Assembly: GCA_035553315.1 (NCBI GenBank)
Contig: DATNDE010000019.1
Coordinates: forward strand, 316-64,315
Source of the DNA: Steroidobacteraceae bacterium
GTDB lineage: Bacteria; Pseudomonadota; Gammaproteobacteria; Steroidobacterales; Steroidobacteraceae
DNA length: 64,000 nucleotides
Direction: 5' to 3'
A program made the translations under genes and the position numbers. Positions 9,620 to 19,437 of this stretch are shown here, piece after piece (positions within the stretch are counted from its first letter, which is position 1; each line of letters opens with the position of its first letter). The notes below the pieces were generated by a model. The model did no database searches, was not told where the DNA came from, and saw nothing but the letters and a program-made list of their open reading frames with translations.

Positions 9620-10189
9620 TCAGCCGGGCTTGCCCGGGCCCGCAACCGGGGCCGGCGGGATCTGCGTGCGCCGCACACTCCCCCAGGGCGGACAGGGCGG
9701 GAGACCGCGTGGGAATACCGTCGGGCCGAACTCGTGCAGTACCCGGGTGTAGACGGCGCGCTTGAAGTACACCACTTCCCGGATCGGCTGCCAGTAGTCC
9801 ACCCAGCGCCAATGGTCGAATTCCGGCTCGGCCGTCGCATCGAAGCGAAAGCTCGCCGCCGCCTCGCGCAGCCGCAGCAGAAACCAGTGCTGCTTCTGGC
9901 CGATGCACAAAGGCCGGACGTCACGACGCAGGTAGCGCGACGGCAGTCGATAGCGCAGCCAGTGGCGGGTCCGAGCCACCACACGCACGTCCCCGGCAGC
10001 CAGCCCAATCTCCTCCTGCAGCTCGCGGAACAGCGATTCCTCGAGCGTCTCCCCGCGCCCCACGCCACCCTGCGGAAATTGCCAGCCCCGTCCCCGGGCC
10101 CGGCGGCCCAGGAACAGCCGCCCGTCATCGGCCGAAAGCACGATGCCGATATTGATGCGAAAGCCGTCCCGGTCGATGACGTCCTGCAT
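9620..10189 (-). CDS. rppH: RNA pyrophosphohydrolase (Nudix)
   Basis: Nudix box GGVGRGETLEESLFRELQEEIGL, and an N-terminus (GFRINIGIVL) typical of RppH/NudH. Confidence 0.9.
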   Translation of the reverse strand: MQDVIDRDGFRINIGIVLSADDGRLFLGRRARGRGWQFPQGGVGRGETLEESLFRELQEEIGLAAGDVRVVARTRHWLRYRLPSRYLRRDVRPLCIGQKQHWFLLRLREAAASFRFDATAEPEFDHWRWVDYWQPIREVVYFKRAVYTRVLHEFGPTVFPRGLPPCPPWGSVRRTQIPPAPVAGPGKPG

Positions 10190-10284
10190 CAGGGTGTTTT
10201 ACTACCGCAACGCTGAGGGCTCAAGCGAGCGGTTCGCCAGTCTCGAGCGGCAGTATCGAGCGTCAGCCCGGGAGCATCAGCCTC

Positions 10285-11397
10285 TCAAGCCCGCCTGGCC
10301 GCGGTATCGCGCCGGCCCTGGACATATTCGCGACCGGCGCGCATCAGCGCCTTGAAGCGCTCGGCATCCGCGCTCTGTACGGTCTGCTGCAGGCTGCGCA
10401 CGGCGCGCGACAGCGCCTCGAGCGACTCGTTGCCGTAGTCATTGAGCCGCTGAATCTCGTAATACAGCTCCGGGCTCTCCTCGGCCACCTTGCTGGCAAT
10501 GTCAAATTGCGCATCGAAGGTCGTGCTCGACAGCTGCAGCAGCCGCGGCGCGGCCGCGCCACTGTCGGCGAGGGCCGTGAAGAAGGCGATGTTCAGGGCA
10601 TGGGAGAGGCCGAGCACGTAGGCAATCAGCCGATCATGCTCGTCGATCTGCATGATGACCTGCTCGGCCATGGTCGGCGCAAACAGCGCGCGCGCCTGCG
10701 CCAGGGCGCCGGCGTGCCCGAGGTCGATGAAGATCACATGACGGCCCGAGAGCAGCTCCGTATCGGGCCCGAACATCGGATGCAGCGACGTGACCGCCAC
10801 CCCTGCCATCTGCAGCGCATGCAGACCGTGGCGCAGCGGCGACTTCAGCGAGCCCAGATCGAACACCACGCCGTTCGGGCGACGCTCGGCGAGCTGCTGC
10901 AGGATGCGGTCCGTCTCCCCGAGAGGCGCGGCCACGACGATGAAGTCGTGCCCGAGAGGGCTGTCGCGCCAGTCCGCCAGGCCCGCGATCCCGACCGACG
11001 CGGCGCGCGGATCGGCAATCTGCACCTCAAAGCCCTGCGAGCCGAGAAACTGCGCGAACCAGCCGCCCATCTTGCCGGCGCCACCAATCACCAGCGCACT
11101 GCGCCCGCTGCCCGAGCCATGTGCCACGACGCTGGCGCGCTCCTGCGTGGTCAGCGAGGAGCGGATCAACAGCCGCATGATGGATTCGGCAATCTCCGGA
11201 GACACCTCCAGCTGCGTGGCCTCCTCGCGGGCGCCGAGGATCACCTCACGCTCGCGGCCGTAATCGCGTGTCGGCCGGCCCGTGGAGCGCTTCACGCGCG
11301 CGATCTCGCGACTCGTGGCCTGCCGCTCCGCCACCAGCTGCAGCAGTTCGCGATCCAATTTGTCGAGCCGTCGGCGCAGCTCATCAAGCGTCGGCAT
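10285..11397 (-). CDS. tyrA: Bifunctional chorismate mutase / prephenate dehydrogenase (T-protein)
   Basis: N-terminal CM domain ([23 protein letters not shown]), then a Rossmann motif [12 protein letters not shown] and a PDH domain. Start is ATG 11397. Confidence 0.85.
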   Translation of the reverse strand: MPTLDELRRRLDKLDRELLQLVAERQATSREIARVKRSTGRPTRDYGREREVILGAREEATQLEVSPEIAESIMRLLIRSSLTTQERASVVAHGSGSGRSALVIGGAGKMGGWFAQFLGSQGFEVQIADPRAASVGIAGLADWRDSPLGHDFIVVAAPLGETDRILQQLAERRPNGVVFDLGSLKSPLRHGLHALQMAGVAVTSLHPMFGPDTELLSGRHVIFIDLGHAGALAQARALFAPTMAEQVIMQIDEHDRLIAYVLGLSHALNIAFFTALADSGAAAPRLLQLSSTTFDAQFDIASKVAEESPELYYEIQRLNDYGNESLEALSRAVRSLQQTVQSADAERFKALMRAGREYVQGRRDTAARRA

Positions 11398-11483
11398 GCC
11401 TAACCCCGGTTTGCGGCCACGGGGCCAAGATTGCCACAGGCAAGCCCGCCGATGTTGCATGCGCGTGCTGCTACCATGCCTGC

Positions 11484-12173
11484 ATGACGTTGCACTCGGA
11501 GTTGCTGCCCGAAACGCTGCCCCCGCAACCGCTGCAGCTGCTGGCCGGCTGGCTGGCGGAAGCGACGCGCGCGCGCCTGCAGCCCAATCCGAACGCCATG
11601 GTGCTCGCCACGGCCGATGGCGACGGCGTGCCCTCGGCGCGGGTCGTGCTGTGCAAGGACCTGAACATCGAGCCCGGCTACGTGACCTTCTTCAGCAACT
11701 ACGAGTCCCGCAAGGGCCGCGAGCTCGAGGCCAATCCGCGCGCGGCTGCGGTCATGCATTGGGATGCGCTGCGCCGACAGGTGCGCCTCGAGGGTCGTAT
11801 CACGCGCGCAAGTGTCGCGGAAAGCGAGGCCTACTTCGCCTCGCGCGCCTGGCAGAGCCGCCTGTCTGCCTGGGCGAGCCGGCAGAGCGAGCCGATCGAA
11901 TCGCGTGTCGCGATGGAGCGGGCCATTGAGGCCGCAGCGCGCCGCTTCGGCGCCCCCTCGCCGCTGCAGCTGGATGCCGTCGCGTCGGACCCGGGCGCCG
12001 TGATCGCGCGTCCGCCGCATTGGGGCGGCTATCACCTGTGGATCGAGACGCTGGAGCTATGGGTGGAAGGGGCGGGACGTCTGCACGACCGGGCGCGCTG
12101 GCAGCGCGGGCTCAGGCCGAAGGACGGCGGCTTCGAGGGCGGCCCCTGGAGCGCAACGCGCCTGCAACCCTGA
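11484..12173 (+). CDS. pdxH: Pyridoxamine 5'-phosphate oxidase
   Basis: [36 protein letters not shown] and HWGGYHLW...LELW are PdxH signatures. Start is ATG 11484. Confidence 0.9.
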   Translation: MTLHSELLPETLPPQPLQLLAGWLAEATRARLQPNPNAMVLATADGDGVPSARVVLCKDLNIEPGYVTFFSNYESRKGRELEANPRAAAVMHWDALRRQVRLEGRITRASVAESEAYFASRAWQSRLSAWASRQSEPIESRVAMERAIEAAARRFGAPSPLQLDAVASDPGAVIARPPHWGGYHLWIETLELWVEGAGRLHDRARWQRGLRPKDGGFEGGPWSATRLQP

Positions 12174-12184
12174 GCATTCCCGCT

Positions 12185-12952
12185 TCAGCCGCGCAGCGCA
12201 CGCAGCATGGGAGCGTGCAGTGCCGCGTTGCTCGCCAGCACGCTGGTGGTCGACAACGTCACAGGCGCGCCGTACAGATCCGTGAAGATGCCTCCGGCCT
12301 CGCGCACGATGACCGTGAGCGCGGCGATGTCCAGGATGTTGACGTCGGATTCGACCACGGTGTCGAGCGAGCCGCGCGCCAGCAGGTGGTAGTGCACGAA
12401 GTCGCCGTAGCCGCGCAACCGGTTGACGCGGCCCACCAGCGCCCCGAAACGCGCCCAATCGGCAGCCGACGCCGCCAGCGTCTTGAGATTGCCGGTGGAG
12501 AGAATGGCCTTGTCGATCTCGCCGATGCCGCTCACACGGATCAGCTCGCCATCCAGAAATGCACCCGCGCCGCGCTCGGCCCAGGCAATCTCGCCATAAG
12601 CGCTCGCACAGGAGACCCCCAGCACCAGCTCTCCTGCGCGCAGCAAGGCGATCTGCGTCGAAAAGAACGGGCTTTCGCGCACGAATGACTTGGTGCCATC
12701 GAGCGGATCGACGAGCCAGACACTCTCGGCATCCATCGCATGCCGCCCGCTCTCCTCGCCGTAAAAGCCGTAGCTCGGAAAGGCCGCGGACAGCACCTCG
12801 CGGATGGCCTGCTCCGCACGCAGGTCCGCCTCGGTGACGGGCGATTTGTCCGCCTTGAGCGTGACCGCCAGATTCGCGCGATACAACGACTGGATGATCT
12901 CGCCGGCGGTGCGCGCGGCGGTCAGCGCCGCCTGCAATTCCTTGGATGCCAT
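12185..12952 (-). CDS. Inositol monophosphatase family protein (possibly HisN-like phosphatase)
   Basis: The WLVDPLDGTKSF metal-binding motif and overall IMPase layout. Start is ATG 12952. Confidence 0.8.
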   Translation of the reverse strand: MASKELQAALTAARTAGEIIQSLYRANLAVTLKADKSPVTEADLRAEQAIREVLSAAFPSYGFYGEESGRHAMDAESVWLVDPLDGTKSFVRESPFFSTQIALLRAGELVLGVSCASAYGEIAWAERGAGAFLDGELIRVSGIGEIDKAILSTGNLKTLAASAADWARFGALVGRVNRLRGYGDFVHYHLLARGSLDTVVESDVNILDIAALTVIVREAGGIFTDLYGAPVTLSTTSVLASNAALHAPMLRALRG

Positions 12953-13029
12953 GGCGCAGCTATGCGGCATCGGCACGGCGCCGTCAAGACAGCGACGCGT
13001 TGACAACACACGGGGCGCACCCCTAGAGT

Positions 13030-13225
13030 CCGCGCGTTCCTTCAGGTGCTCGGGAAGCCGGTGAGCGCATCCGCGCAATGCCGGCGCTGCCCCCGCAACG
13101 GTAAGCGATACGAGACCGCATCACGGCCACTGCGCGCAGAGCGTGGGAAGGCGATGCGGTGCGGTCATGAGCGAGGCGTAGGCCTTACCTCATGACCCGT
13201 GCGCAAGCCCGGAGACCGGCCTGAG
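13030..13225 (+). promoter_or_regulatory. Cobalamin (B12) riboswitch
   Basis: Core elements in order: GGGAAGCCGGTGAG..ATCC, GCTGCCCCCGCAACGGTAAGC, GCCACTG...GGGAAGGC, and the B12 box AAGCCCGGAGACCGGCC (13205-13221). It lies immediately 5' of a TonB-dependent receptor. Confidence 0.8.
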
Positions 13226-13269
13226 GGCTATTGCAAACCCATGCGGGCGTGCATGGAAAGGCTGGTCTC

Positions 13270-15381
13270 ATGTGCCATCGGGTCGCATGCGCGGCGCAAT
13301 GCCTCGCGCGCACTTTTATTGTCCTCATCCCTGCGGTCATGACCGCACCCTGGGCCCAGGCTCAGGGACCCGCGCCGCCGCAGTCTGCCTCGGCATCGAC
13401 GGCAGTCGGCGCCGACGGCGGCGCCACGCTGGCGCCGGTCATCGTCACGGCCTCCAAGCTCGATGTGCCACAGAGCGAGCTGCCGCAGGCCTCGAGCATC
13501 GTGACGAGCGATACCATCCTGCAGCAGGGACAGACCAGCGTCAGTGACACGCTTCGCCAGCAGCCCGGCATCCAGTTCCAGGTCGGCGGCGGCCCCGGTC
13601 AGGCACTCAATACGCGTCTGCGCGGCTTCGCCGGCACCACGTTGTACGTGCTCGACGGCATCACGATCAACGAAGGCGGCACCGGCGACATCGGCTATCT
13701 GCTTGGCCAGCTCGATCCCACCATGTTCGATCGCATCGAGGTGCTGCGCGGGCCGCGCGCGACGCTCTACGGAGCCGACTCGACCTCGGGCGTTATTGCC
13801 TTCACGACGCTGACGGGCCAAACCGTGAGCAGCAGCGTCTCGGTGGAGGCCGGCTCGCTCGACTGGAAGAAACTACGCGCCGGCACGGCGGATCATCTGC
13901 CGCTCGGTGAGGGCACCTGGAGCTATTCGGTCAATGGCTCGTGGACCGACAGTGGCGGAGTCAATCGTTGGGAGTTCTATCGCAATGGCACGCTGGTGGC
14001 GAGTACCGCCTACACTCGCGGCAGCATCGCGGCCGGCGGCAGCATTTACGCTACGGACAATGAATTTCAGACTGCCGATCTGATCGAGTCCCTGAGTCCC
14101 GAAGCGATCGAGTCCATTCCCGGGGCCACGCTTGGGCATTATTTCGGCGTGCAGATACCGGACCCGAGCGACATCGATATTACTCGAGCGGGCGTGGTCA
14201 GTCTGTGGTTCGAGCAGCAGCTCGGCGCACATTGGTCGCAGAAGCTCACCGTCGGCGGGTCGGGTCAGGATTTCTCCATCGTCAACGGCGATACCGCCAA
14301 TGGCGGCCTGATCGGTTATTACGCGGCTCCCTACGATGGCTGGGCCGATCCGGGCAGCTACCAGACCTACGCCGCGGGTCAGAGCATACCGGTCTATCAG
14401 TACGCTTCGAGCTATCGCACGATCTCGCACAGCGACCAGGCCGATTACAATCTGCGTTATCGCAGCGACCGGCTGTCCACCGTGCTCGGGGCCACTTGGC
14501 TCGGTCAGAGCTATGACGAGAACAGCTACGCGGGTGGCAATGACGAGAGCCAGGACATCCGCTCTCTGTACGGCGATGCGGCCCTCGCGCTGGCCGCACA
14601 CCGGCTGCACCTGGAGGGCGGGCTTCGCCTGGACAGCTACTCCGCGTGGGCTGACAAGGCAACCTGGAGTCTCGGTGCCGTCTACGACCTGTACCGCGCC
14701 GCGCCGTTCGCGCTCAGCGTCTTCGCGAACACCGGCACGAGCTTTTCGCAGCCAACGCTCGATCAGCTCTATAACCCGACCTACGGCAATCATGCGCTCA
14801 CACCCGAAAACGCCACCACCGTGGAGGCCGGGCTGCGCGCCAGCCAGTTCAATGAGCGCCTCTCCGAGACGCTCACTCTCTGGCACTCCTACGTCGACAA
14901 CGTCATCAGCTACGACTACCTGATTGCCAATTCGCGCGTGCCCGGCGGTTTTGGCGAGTACGCCAACCTCGAGGCCGAGCGCTCACAGGGAGTGGAGCTC
15001 TCCGCGGCGGCGAAGCTGGCCGCACATTTGACGTTGACCGCGAACTACACGCGCACCGATGCCTACGTCAACGACGGCGCGGACGCCTGGAGCTTCATGG
15101 TCGAGAACGCGCGCAATATGGGCAACCTCGGCCTGGTCTACGACGCAGCCGCCTTCGACGTCGGCGCCAACCTGTTCCTGACCGATCACCGCCTGCGCTG
15201 GGCCGGCGATGTCTGGGCACCCGGCTACGCGCGCCTGGATCTGTATGGCCGCTACCACCTGGGCGCGCGCCTGACGGCTTATGCGCGCGTGCAGAATGCC
15301 CTGGATCATCCTATCGTTCAGATCCTCGGCTTCCGCGCCGTCGGGGTCTACGTGACCGGCGGTCTGCGCTACCAGTTTTGA
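13270..15381 (+). CDS. btuB: TonB-dependent receptor, BtuB-like vitamin B12 transporter
   Basis: Signal peptide, TonB box (TLAPVIVTASK), plug and barrel, and a terminal ...GGLRYQF. Riboswitch upstream. Start ATG 13270 is preferred (GGAAAGG SD) over TTG 13231. Confidence 0.85.
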   Translation: MCHRVACAAQCLARTFIVLIPAVMTAPWAQAQGPAPPQSASASTAVGADGGATLAPVIVTASKLDVPQSELPQASSIVTSDTILQQGQTSVSDTLRQQPGIQFQVGGGPGQALNTRLRGFAGTTLYVLDGITINEGGTGDIGYLLGQLDPTMFDRIEVLRGPRATLYGADSTSGVIAFTTLTGQTVSSSVSVEAGSLDWKKLRAGTADHLPLGEGTWSYSVNGSWTDSGGVNRWEFYRNGTLVASTAYTRGSIAAGGSIYATDNEFQTADLIESLSPEAIESIPGATLGHYFGVQIPDPSDIDITRAGVVSLWFEQQLGAHWSQKLTVGGSGQDFSIVNGDTANGGLIGYYAAPYDGWADPGSYQTYAAGQSIPVYQYASSYRTISHSDQADYNLRYRSDRLSTVLGATWLGQSYDENSYAGGNDESQDIRSLYGDAALALAAHRLHLEGGLRLDSYSAWADKATWSLGAVYDLYRAAPFALSVFANTGTSFSQPTLDQLYNPTYGNHALTPENATTVEAGLRASQFNERLSETLTLWHSYVDNVISYDYLIANSRVPGGFGEYANLEAERSQGVELSAAAKLAAHLTLTANYTRTDAYVNDGADAWSFMVENARNMGNLGLVYDAAAFDVGANLFLTDHRLRWAGDVWAPGYARLDLYGRYHLGARLTAYARVQNALDHPIVQILGFRAVGVYVTGGLRYQF

Positions 15382-15399
15382 CGCGGGGAGCATGCCGGA

Positions 15400-15978
15400 A
15401 TGGGTAATCGACTCTCCCGTATCGTGACTCGCACCGGCGACGACGGCACCACTGCGCTCGGAGACGGCACGCGCGTGCGTAAGGATTGCGCACGCATCGA
15501 GGCTATGGGCGAGGTCGACGAGCTCAACAGTCTGCTCGGCTTGCTGATTTCTACGCTCGCCGCTGCGGCGAGCAGCCCGGTCGGCGCGACGGCCTCAGCG
15601 CAGGACTGGTTGCTCGAGGTGCAGCACGATCTGTTCGATCTGGGCGCGGAGCTGTCGGTTCCGGGCCTGCTACGCCTGGACCAGTCGCGCATCGATGCGC
15701 TCGAGCAGCAGGTCCAAGCGCTCAATGCCTCTCTGCCGCCCCTGAAGGAGTTCGTGCTCCCGGGTGGCTCGACTGCCGCCGCGGTGTGTCATCTCGCGCG
15801 CACACTGTGCCGGCGGGCCGAGCGGCGTGGCTGGGCGCTGGCGGCTGCCGAGCCCGTCAACCCGCTCTCGCTGCGTTATCTCAACCGTCTGTCGGATCTG
15901 CTCTTCGTGCTGGCACGCACGCTCGCGCGCGAGGGGGGCGGGGAAATCCTGTGGCGGAATCGGCGCGCCGGGCCATAG
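15400..15978 (+). CDS. ATP:cob(I)alamin adenosyltransferase, PduO type
   Basis: The N-terminus RIVTRTGDDGTTALGDG...R is the PduO-type ATR signature. It sits 18 nt downstream of btuB. Confidence 0.85.
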   Translation: MGNRLSRIVTRTGDDGTTALGDGTRVRKDCARIEAMGEVDELNSLLGLLISTLAAAASSPVGATASAQDWLLEVQHDLFDLGAELSVPGLLRLDQSRIDALEQQVQALNASLPPLKEFVLPGGSTAAAVCHLARTLCRRAERRGWALAAAEPVNPLSLRYLNRLSDLLFVLARTLAREGGGEILWRNRRAGP

Positions 15979-16047
15979 CGAATACCTCGCACGACTCCAG
16001 CTCGCACGCCTGACGCACTGGGCCCGTTCGGGGACCGCCGGGACTGC

Positions 16048-17229
16048 TCAGCCCGCGGTAACGGTCAGCGAATAGCGCGAATCGGCGGCCAGGCACTGTG
16101 CCTCGGGCAGCCCCAGCTCCTTGCGCACGATGTTCGTGCCCAGCACCATTGCGACCATCTTGTAGACCGCGTGACGTCGGCTCATGCCCTCACGGCCCAT
16201 GCCGCAATCCGAGGAGATGATCAGGCGCTCGGGTGCAATGTGCTTGAGTGCGCGGCGGATCAGTGCCGCGATCTCCTCGGGGCGCTCGATCTGCAGGGTG
16301 TGATGGTCGATGACGCCGATCACGATCTTCTTGTTGGTGATGGCCTTGCCGATCGCCTCGAGGTCCCCCGGCCCGGATGAGCAGGTCTCGAAGGTGATGG
16401 CATCGGCGTCGACCTGGGCCAGCACATCGAGCGTCGGCTGGTAGCTCTGCGACTCGACGAACATGCGCTGCTGCGAGGGGTTGCCCCAGCAGGTGTGGCA
16501 CCACACCTCGGTCTTGGCGCGCAGCCCCTTGACCGTTTTGTTGAACAGATCGAGCAGCTCCGCGGTGCCGAGCTTGCCGAACTGCTTGCCGCGCGCCGGC
16601 ACCATGTGAATCTGCGGCTCTTCGAGCTGGATGACCGGGCAGCCGGCATCGGCCAGGGAGTTGAGCTCCTGGTTGATCGCCTGCGATAGCGCCATCGTGC
16701 GCTCGACCGGATCCTTGTAATAGCTGTCCTGCACGGTGGCGGCCAGCAGTTCCGGCAGGATCGTGCCGAACTTCACCGGGCGCGTGGTCAGGCGCTGCGC
16801 GGTCTTCCACATGGCCGCATATTGCAGGTTGCCGGGACCGACCGGACCGACGATGCGCGGCAGAACCCGTGCCTCCAGATAGTCGTGCAGGATGTGGCCG
16901 CGCGGCCAGGCCACCGCACCGACGTTGTATTTCGACGGCTCGGCGTGCGCCGAAAAGCCCGCCATGTGCGTCGTCGGGTAGCTCTGCCAGGACAGGCCAC
17001 CGACCTCATCGTCGTAGTGCGCGTCGCCATCGGTCACGATGTCGAGGCCCGCGGTCTCCTGGGAGCGCAGGTGTACGGACACCGCATCCTCGTACTGCTC
17101 GCGGTAGCGCAGGTTCACCATGGCTTCCAGGAAGCTTCTGTTGCCAAGCTGCACCGTGTACCAATTGGGACGCGGCAGGGAACCGATGATTGACGTCGGC
17201 AGGACGACGTTGGCGGACGCTTTGAACAC
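16048..17229 (-). CDS. Cobalamin-independent methionine synthase (MetE C-terminal domain)-like methyltransferase
   Basis: IIGSLPRPNWY, and Zn-ligand motifs HTCWGN and SSDCGMG as in the MetE catalytic domain. Start is proposed at GTG 17229, preceded by GGGGAG; ATG 17298 is possible. Confidence 0.7.
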   Translation of the reverse strand: MFKASANVVLPTSIIGSLPRPNWYTVQLGNRSFLEAMVNLRYREQYEDAVSVHLRSQETAGLDIVTDGDAHYDDEVGGLSWQSYPTTHMAGFSAHAEPSKYNVGAVAWPRGHILHDYLEARVLPRIVGPVGPGNLQYAAMWKTAQRLTTRPVKFGTILPELLAATVQDSYYKDPVERTMALSQAINQELNSLADAGCPVIQLEEPQIHMVPARGKQFGKLGTAELLDLFNKTVKGLRAKTEVWCHTCWGNPSQQRMFVESQSYQPTLDVLAQVDADAITFETCSSGPGDLEAIGKAITNKKIVIGVIDHHTLQIERPEEIAALIRRALKHIAPERLIISSDCGMGREGMSRRHAVYKMVAMVLGTNIVRKELGLPEAQCLAADSRYSLTVTAG

Positions 17230-17378
17230 AACAGTCTCCCCGGCAGTGCTGGAACCGCTGCCGGTCGCCGGCGACGAGCCGGCCGGAAGCGGCCACATGG
17301 AATCGCGGAACCTTACTGGGAAGGTCCCGGTTGCGTCAAGAATTGGCCCCGTCCGCCCTTGCCGCGGCAGATCACCCG

Positions 17379-17993
17379 TCAGGGCGCGCCGATGGCCTGC
17401 AGCAGCGAACGCAAGCGCGGCCAGTCGAAAGCCGGCCCGGGATCGCTCTTGCGGCCCGGGGCGATATCGCTGTGTCCCACCAGACGTTGCGCAGAGAGAC
17501 TCGGATAAACGCGGCACAACTCGCGGATCAGGTCTGCCAAGGTCGCGTACTGGAGCGGCTCGTACGGCAGCGCGTCCGTGCCCTCGAGCTCGATGCCGAC
17601 CGAGAAGTCGTTGCAGGCGCTGCGCCCCGCGTAGCTGGAAACACCGGCGTGCCAGGCGCGCAGCCCAAAAGGCACATATTGCGTCGGCGTGCCGTCGCGG
17701 CGTATGACGACGTGGGCCGAGACACGCAGCCCGGCCAGCGCCGCCAACTGCGGCGACGCGGCGCTCGGCAGATCACCAGCGAACAGCCGGTCGATCCACG
17801 GACCACCGAACTGCCCCGCCGGTACGCTGATGCCATGGATCACGATGAGCTCGGGCAGCACGCCGCCCGGCCTGGTGTCGCAGTGGGGAGAGATCACCTG
17901 CGGCACCGCCATGAGCATGCCGCTGCCGGCATCGATGCGCAGGCGCGGGGCGGCAGCGGCGGGCGCGACGAGGGCCTCGGAGCTGGGCTGCAT
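17379..17993 (-). CDS. ampD: 1,6-anhydro-N-acetylmuramyl-L-alanine amidase
   Basis: Collinear with E. coli AmpD: SPHCDTRP, VIHGISVPAGQFGGPWID, LRVSAHVVIRRDG, AWHAGVS, CNDFSVGIELEG, GHSDIAPGRKSDPGPAFDW. The rest of the 726-aa ORF is the antisense shadow of bioA. Confidence 0.9.
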   Translation of the reverse strand: MQPSSEALVAPAAAAPRLRIDAGSGMLMAVPQVISPHCDTRPGGVLPELIVIHGISVPAGQFGGPWIDRLFAGDLPSAASPQLAALAGLRVSAHVVIRRDGTPTQYVPFGLRAWHAGVSSYAGRSACNDFSVGIELEGTDALPYEPLQYATLADLIRELCRVYPSLSAQRLVGHSDIAPGRKSDPGPAFDWPRLRSLLQAIGAP

Positions 17994-18032
17994 CGGCGGC
18001 ATCTTCGGCATGGCGGCAGCCATGATGCCAAA

Positions 18033-19397
18033 ATGCCCCCCATGCCGACATCGACCAACGCGCAACTTGCGGCACGCGACCTGGCGCACCTCTGGCATCC
18101 CTGCACCCAGATGAAGGACCACGAGCAGCTGCCGCCGATTGCGGTACGACGCGCCGAGGGCTGCTGGCTGGAAGACTTCGATGGGCATCGCTACCTCGAT
18201 GCCATCAGCTCCTGGTGGGTCAATCTCTTCGGACACTGTCATCCGCGCATCAGTGCGGCTGTCGGCGCGCAGCTGCAGCAGCTCGAGCACGTACTGCTCG
18301 CGGGCATGACACACGAGCCGGCCATCGAGCTCGCCGAGCAGCTCACGCGCATCGCTCCCGCCGGTCTGTCGCGCTGCTTTCTGGCCGACAACGGTTCGGC
18401 GGCCGTGGAAGTGGCGCTGAAGATGAGCTTCCACTATTGGCAGAACCACGGACGTGGCGGCAAGCGCCGCTTCGTGACGCTGTCCAACAGCTATCACGGC
18501 GAGACACTCGGCGCGCTGGCCGTCGGCAACGTGGAGCTCTACAAACAGACCTATCAGGCGCTGCTCATGCCCGTGCTCACGGCGCCCTCGCCCGACTGCT
18601 ACGAGCGCGAGCCCGGGCAGAGCTGGCAGGAACACAGCCGCGCGCGCTTCGTCGCGATGCGCACGCTGCTCGAGCAGCATGCCGCCGAGATCGCCGCGGT
18701 CATCGTCGAGCCGCTCGTGCAGTGCGCGGGCGGTATGCGCATGTACGACCCGGTCTACCTGTCCCTGCTGCGCGAGGCGTGCGACCATTTCGAGGTGCAC
18801 CTGATCGCCGATGAGATCGCCGTCGGCTTCGGGCGTACCGGCACACTGTTCGCCTGCGAGCAGGCAGGCATCCGTCCGGACCTCATGTGTGTCTCCAAGG
18901 GGCTGACCGGCGGCTATCTGCCGCTGTCGGCGGTGCTCTGCGGCGAGCAGGTCTACCAGGCCTTTTACGGCGACTACGCGGCGCAGCGCGCGTTTCTGCA
19001 CTCGCACAGCTACACGGGTAATCCGCTGGCCTGCGCCGCTGCGAATGCGACGCTGCAGATCTTCGCCACCACGCCGGTGCTGCAGGACAACCGCGCCCTG
19101 GCCGCGCACCTGGCCGCCCGCCTGGCGCCGCTGGCCTCCCACCCGCACGTCGCCGAGGTTCGCCAGACGGGCATGATCGCAGCGGTGGAACTGGTGCGCG
19201 ATCGCGCCACGCGCGAGCCCTGGCCCTGGCAGGAGCGGCGCGGCTGGACGCTGCATCGCCATGCCCTGTCGCGCGGAGTGTTGCTGCGCCCGCTGGGGAA
19301 TGTGGTGTACTTCATGCCCCCCTATGTCATCACGCCCGCCGAGATCGATCTCATGGTGCAGGTCGCCAGTGAGGGCATCGAGCGCGCCTGCGCCTGA
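18033..19397 (+). CDS. bioA: Adenosylmethionine-8-amino-7-oxononanoate aminotransferase
   Basis: DLAHLWHPCTQMKDH, ISSWWVNLFGH, and the class-III aminotransferase PLP region (ADEIAVGFGRTG, CVSKGLTGGYLP). Confidence 0.9.
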   Translation: MPPMPTSTNAQLAARDLAHLWHPCTQMKDHEQLPPIAVRRAEGCWLEDFDGHRYLDAISSWWVNLFGHCHPRISAAVGAQLQQLEHVLLAGMTHEPAIELAEQLTRIAPAGLSRCFLADNGSAAVEVALKMSFHYWQNHGRGGKRRFVTLSNSYHGETLGALAVGNVELYKQTYQALLMPVLTAPSPDCYEREPGQSWQEHSRARFVAMRTLLEQHAAEIAAVIVEPLVQCAGGMRMYDPVYLSLLREACDHFEVHLIADEIAVGFGRTGTLFACEQAGIRPDLMCVSKGLTGGYLPLSAVLCGEQVYQAFYGDYAAQRAFLHSHSYTGNPLACAAANATLQIFATTPVLQDNRALAAHLAARLAPLASHPHVAEVRQTGMIAAVELVRDRATREPWPWQERRGWTLHRHALSRGVLLRPLGNVVYFMPPYVITPAEIDLMVQVASEGIERACA

Positions 19398-19437
19398 GCG
19401 CCTCGCCAACCCCGCCGCCATCCCGGACAGTTCGTTT

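Noticed and set aside
17230-17400. A possible second cobalamin riboswitch (or SAM riboswitch) in front of the MetE-like gene.
   Set aside because: Read on the minus strand, the leader lacks the B12 box (AGCCnGGAGACC) and the GCCACTG and CCCGC..ACTGT core elements. I also saw no SAM-II-like AAAGCU element. Only generic GC hairpins are present.
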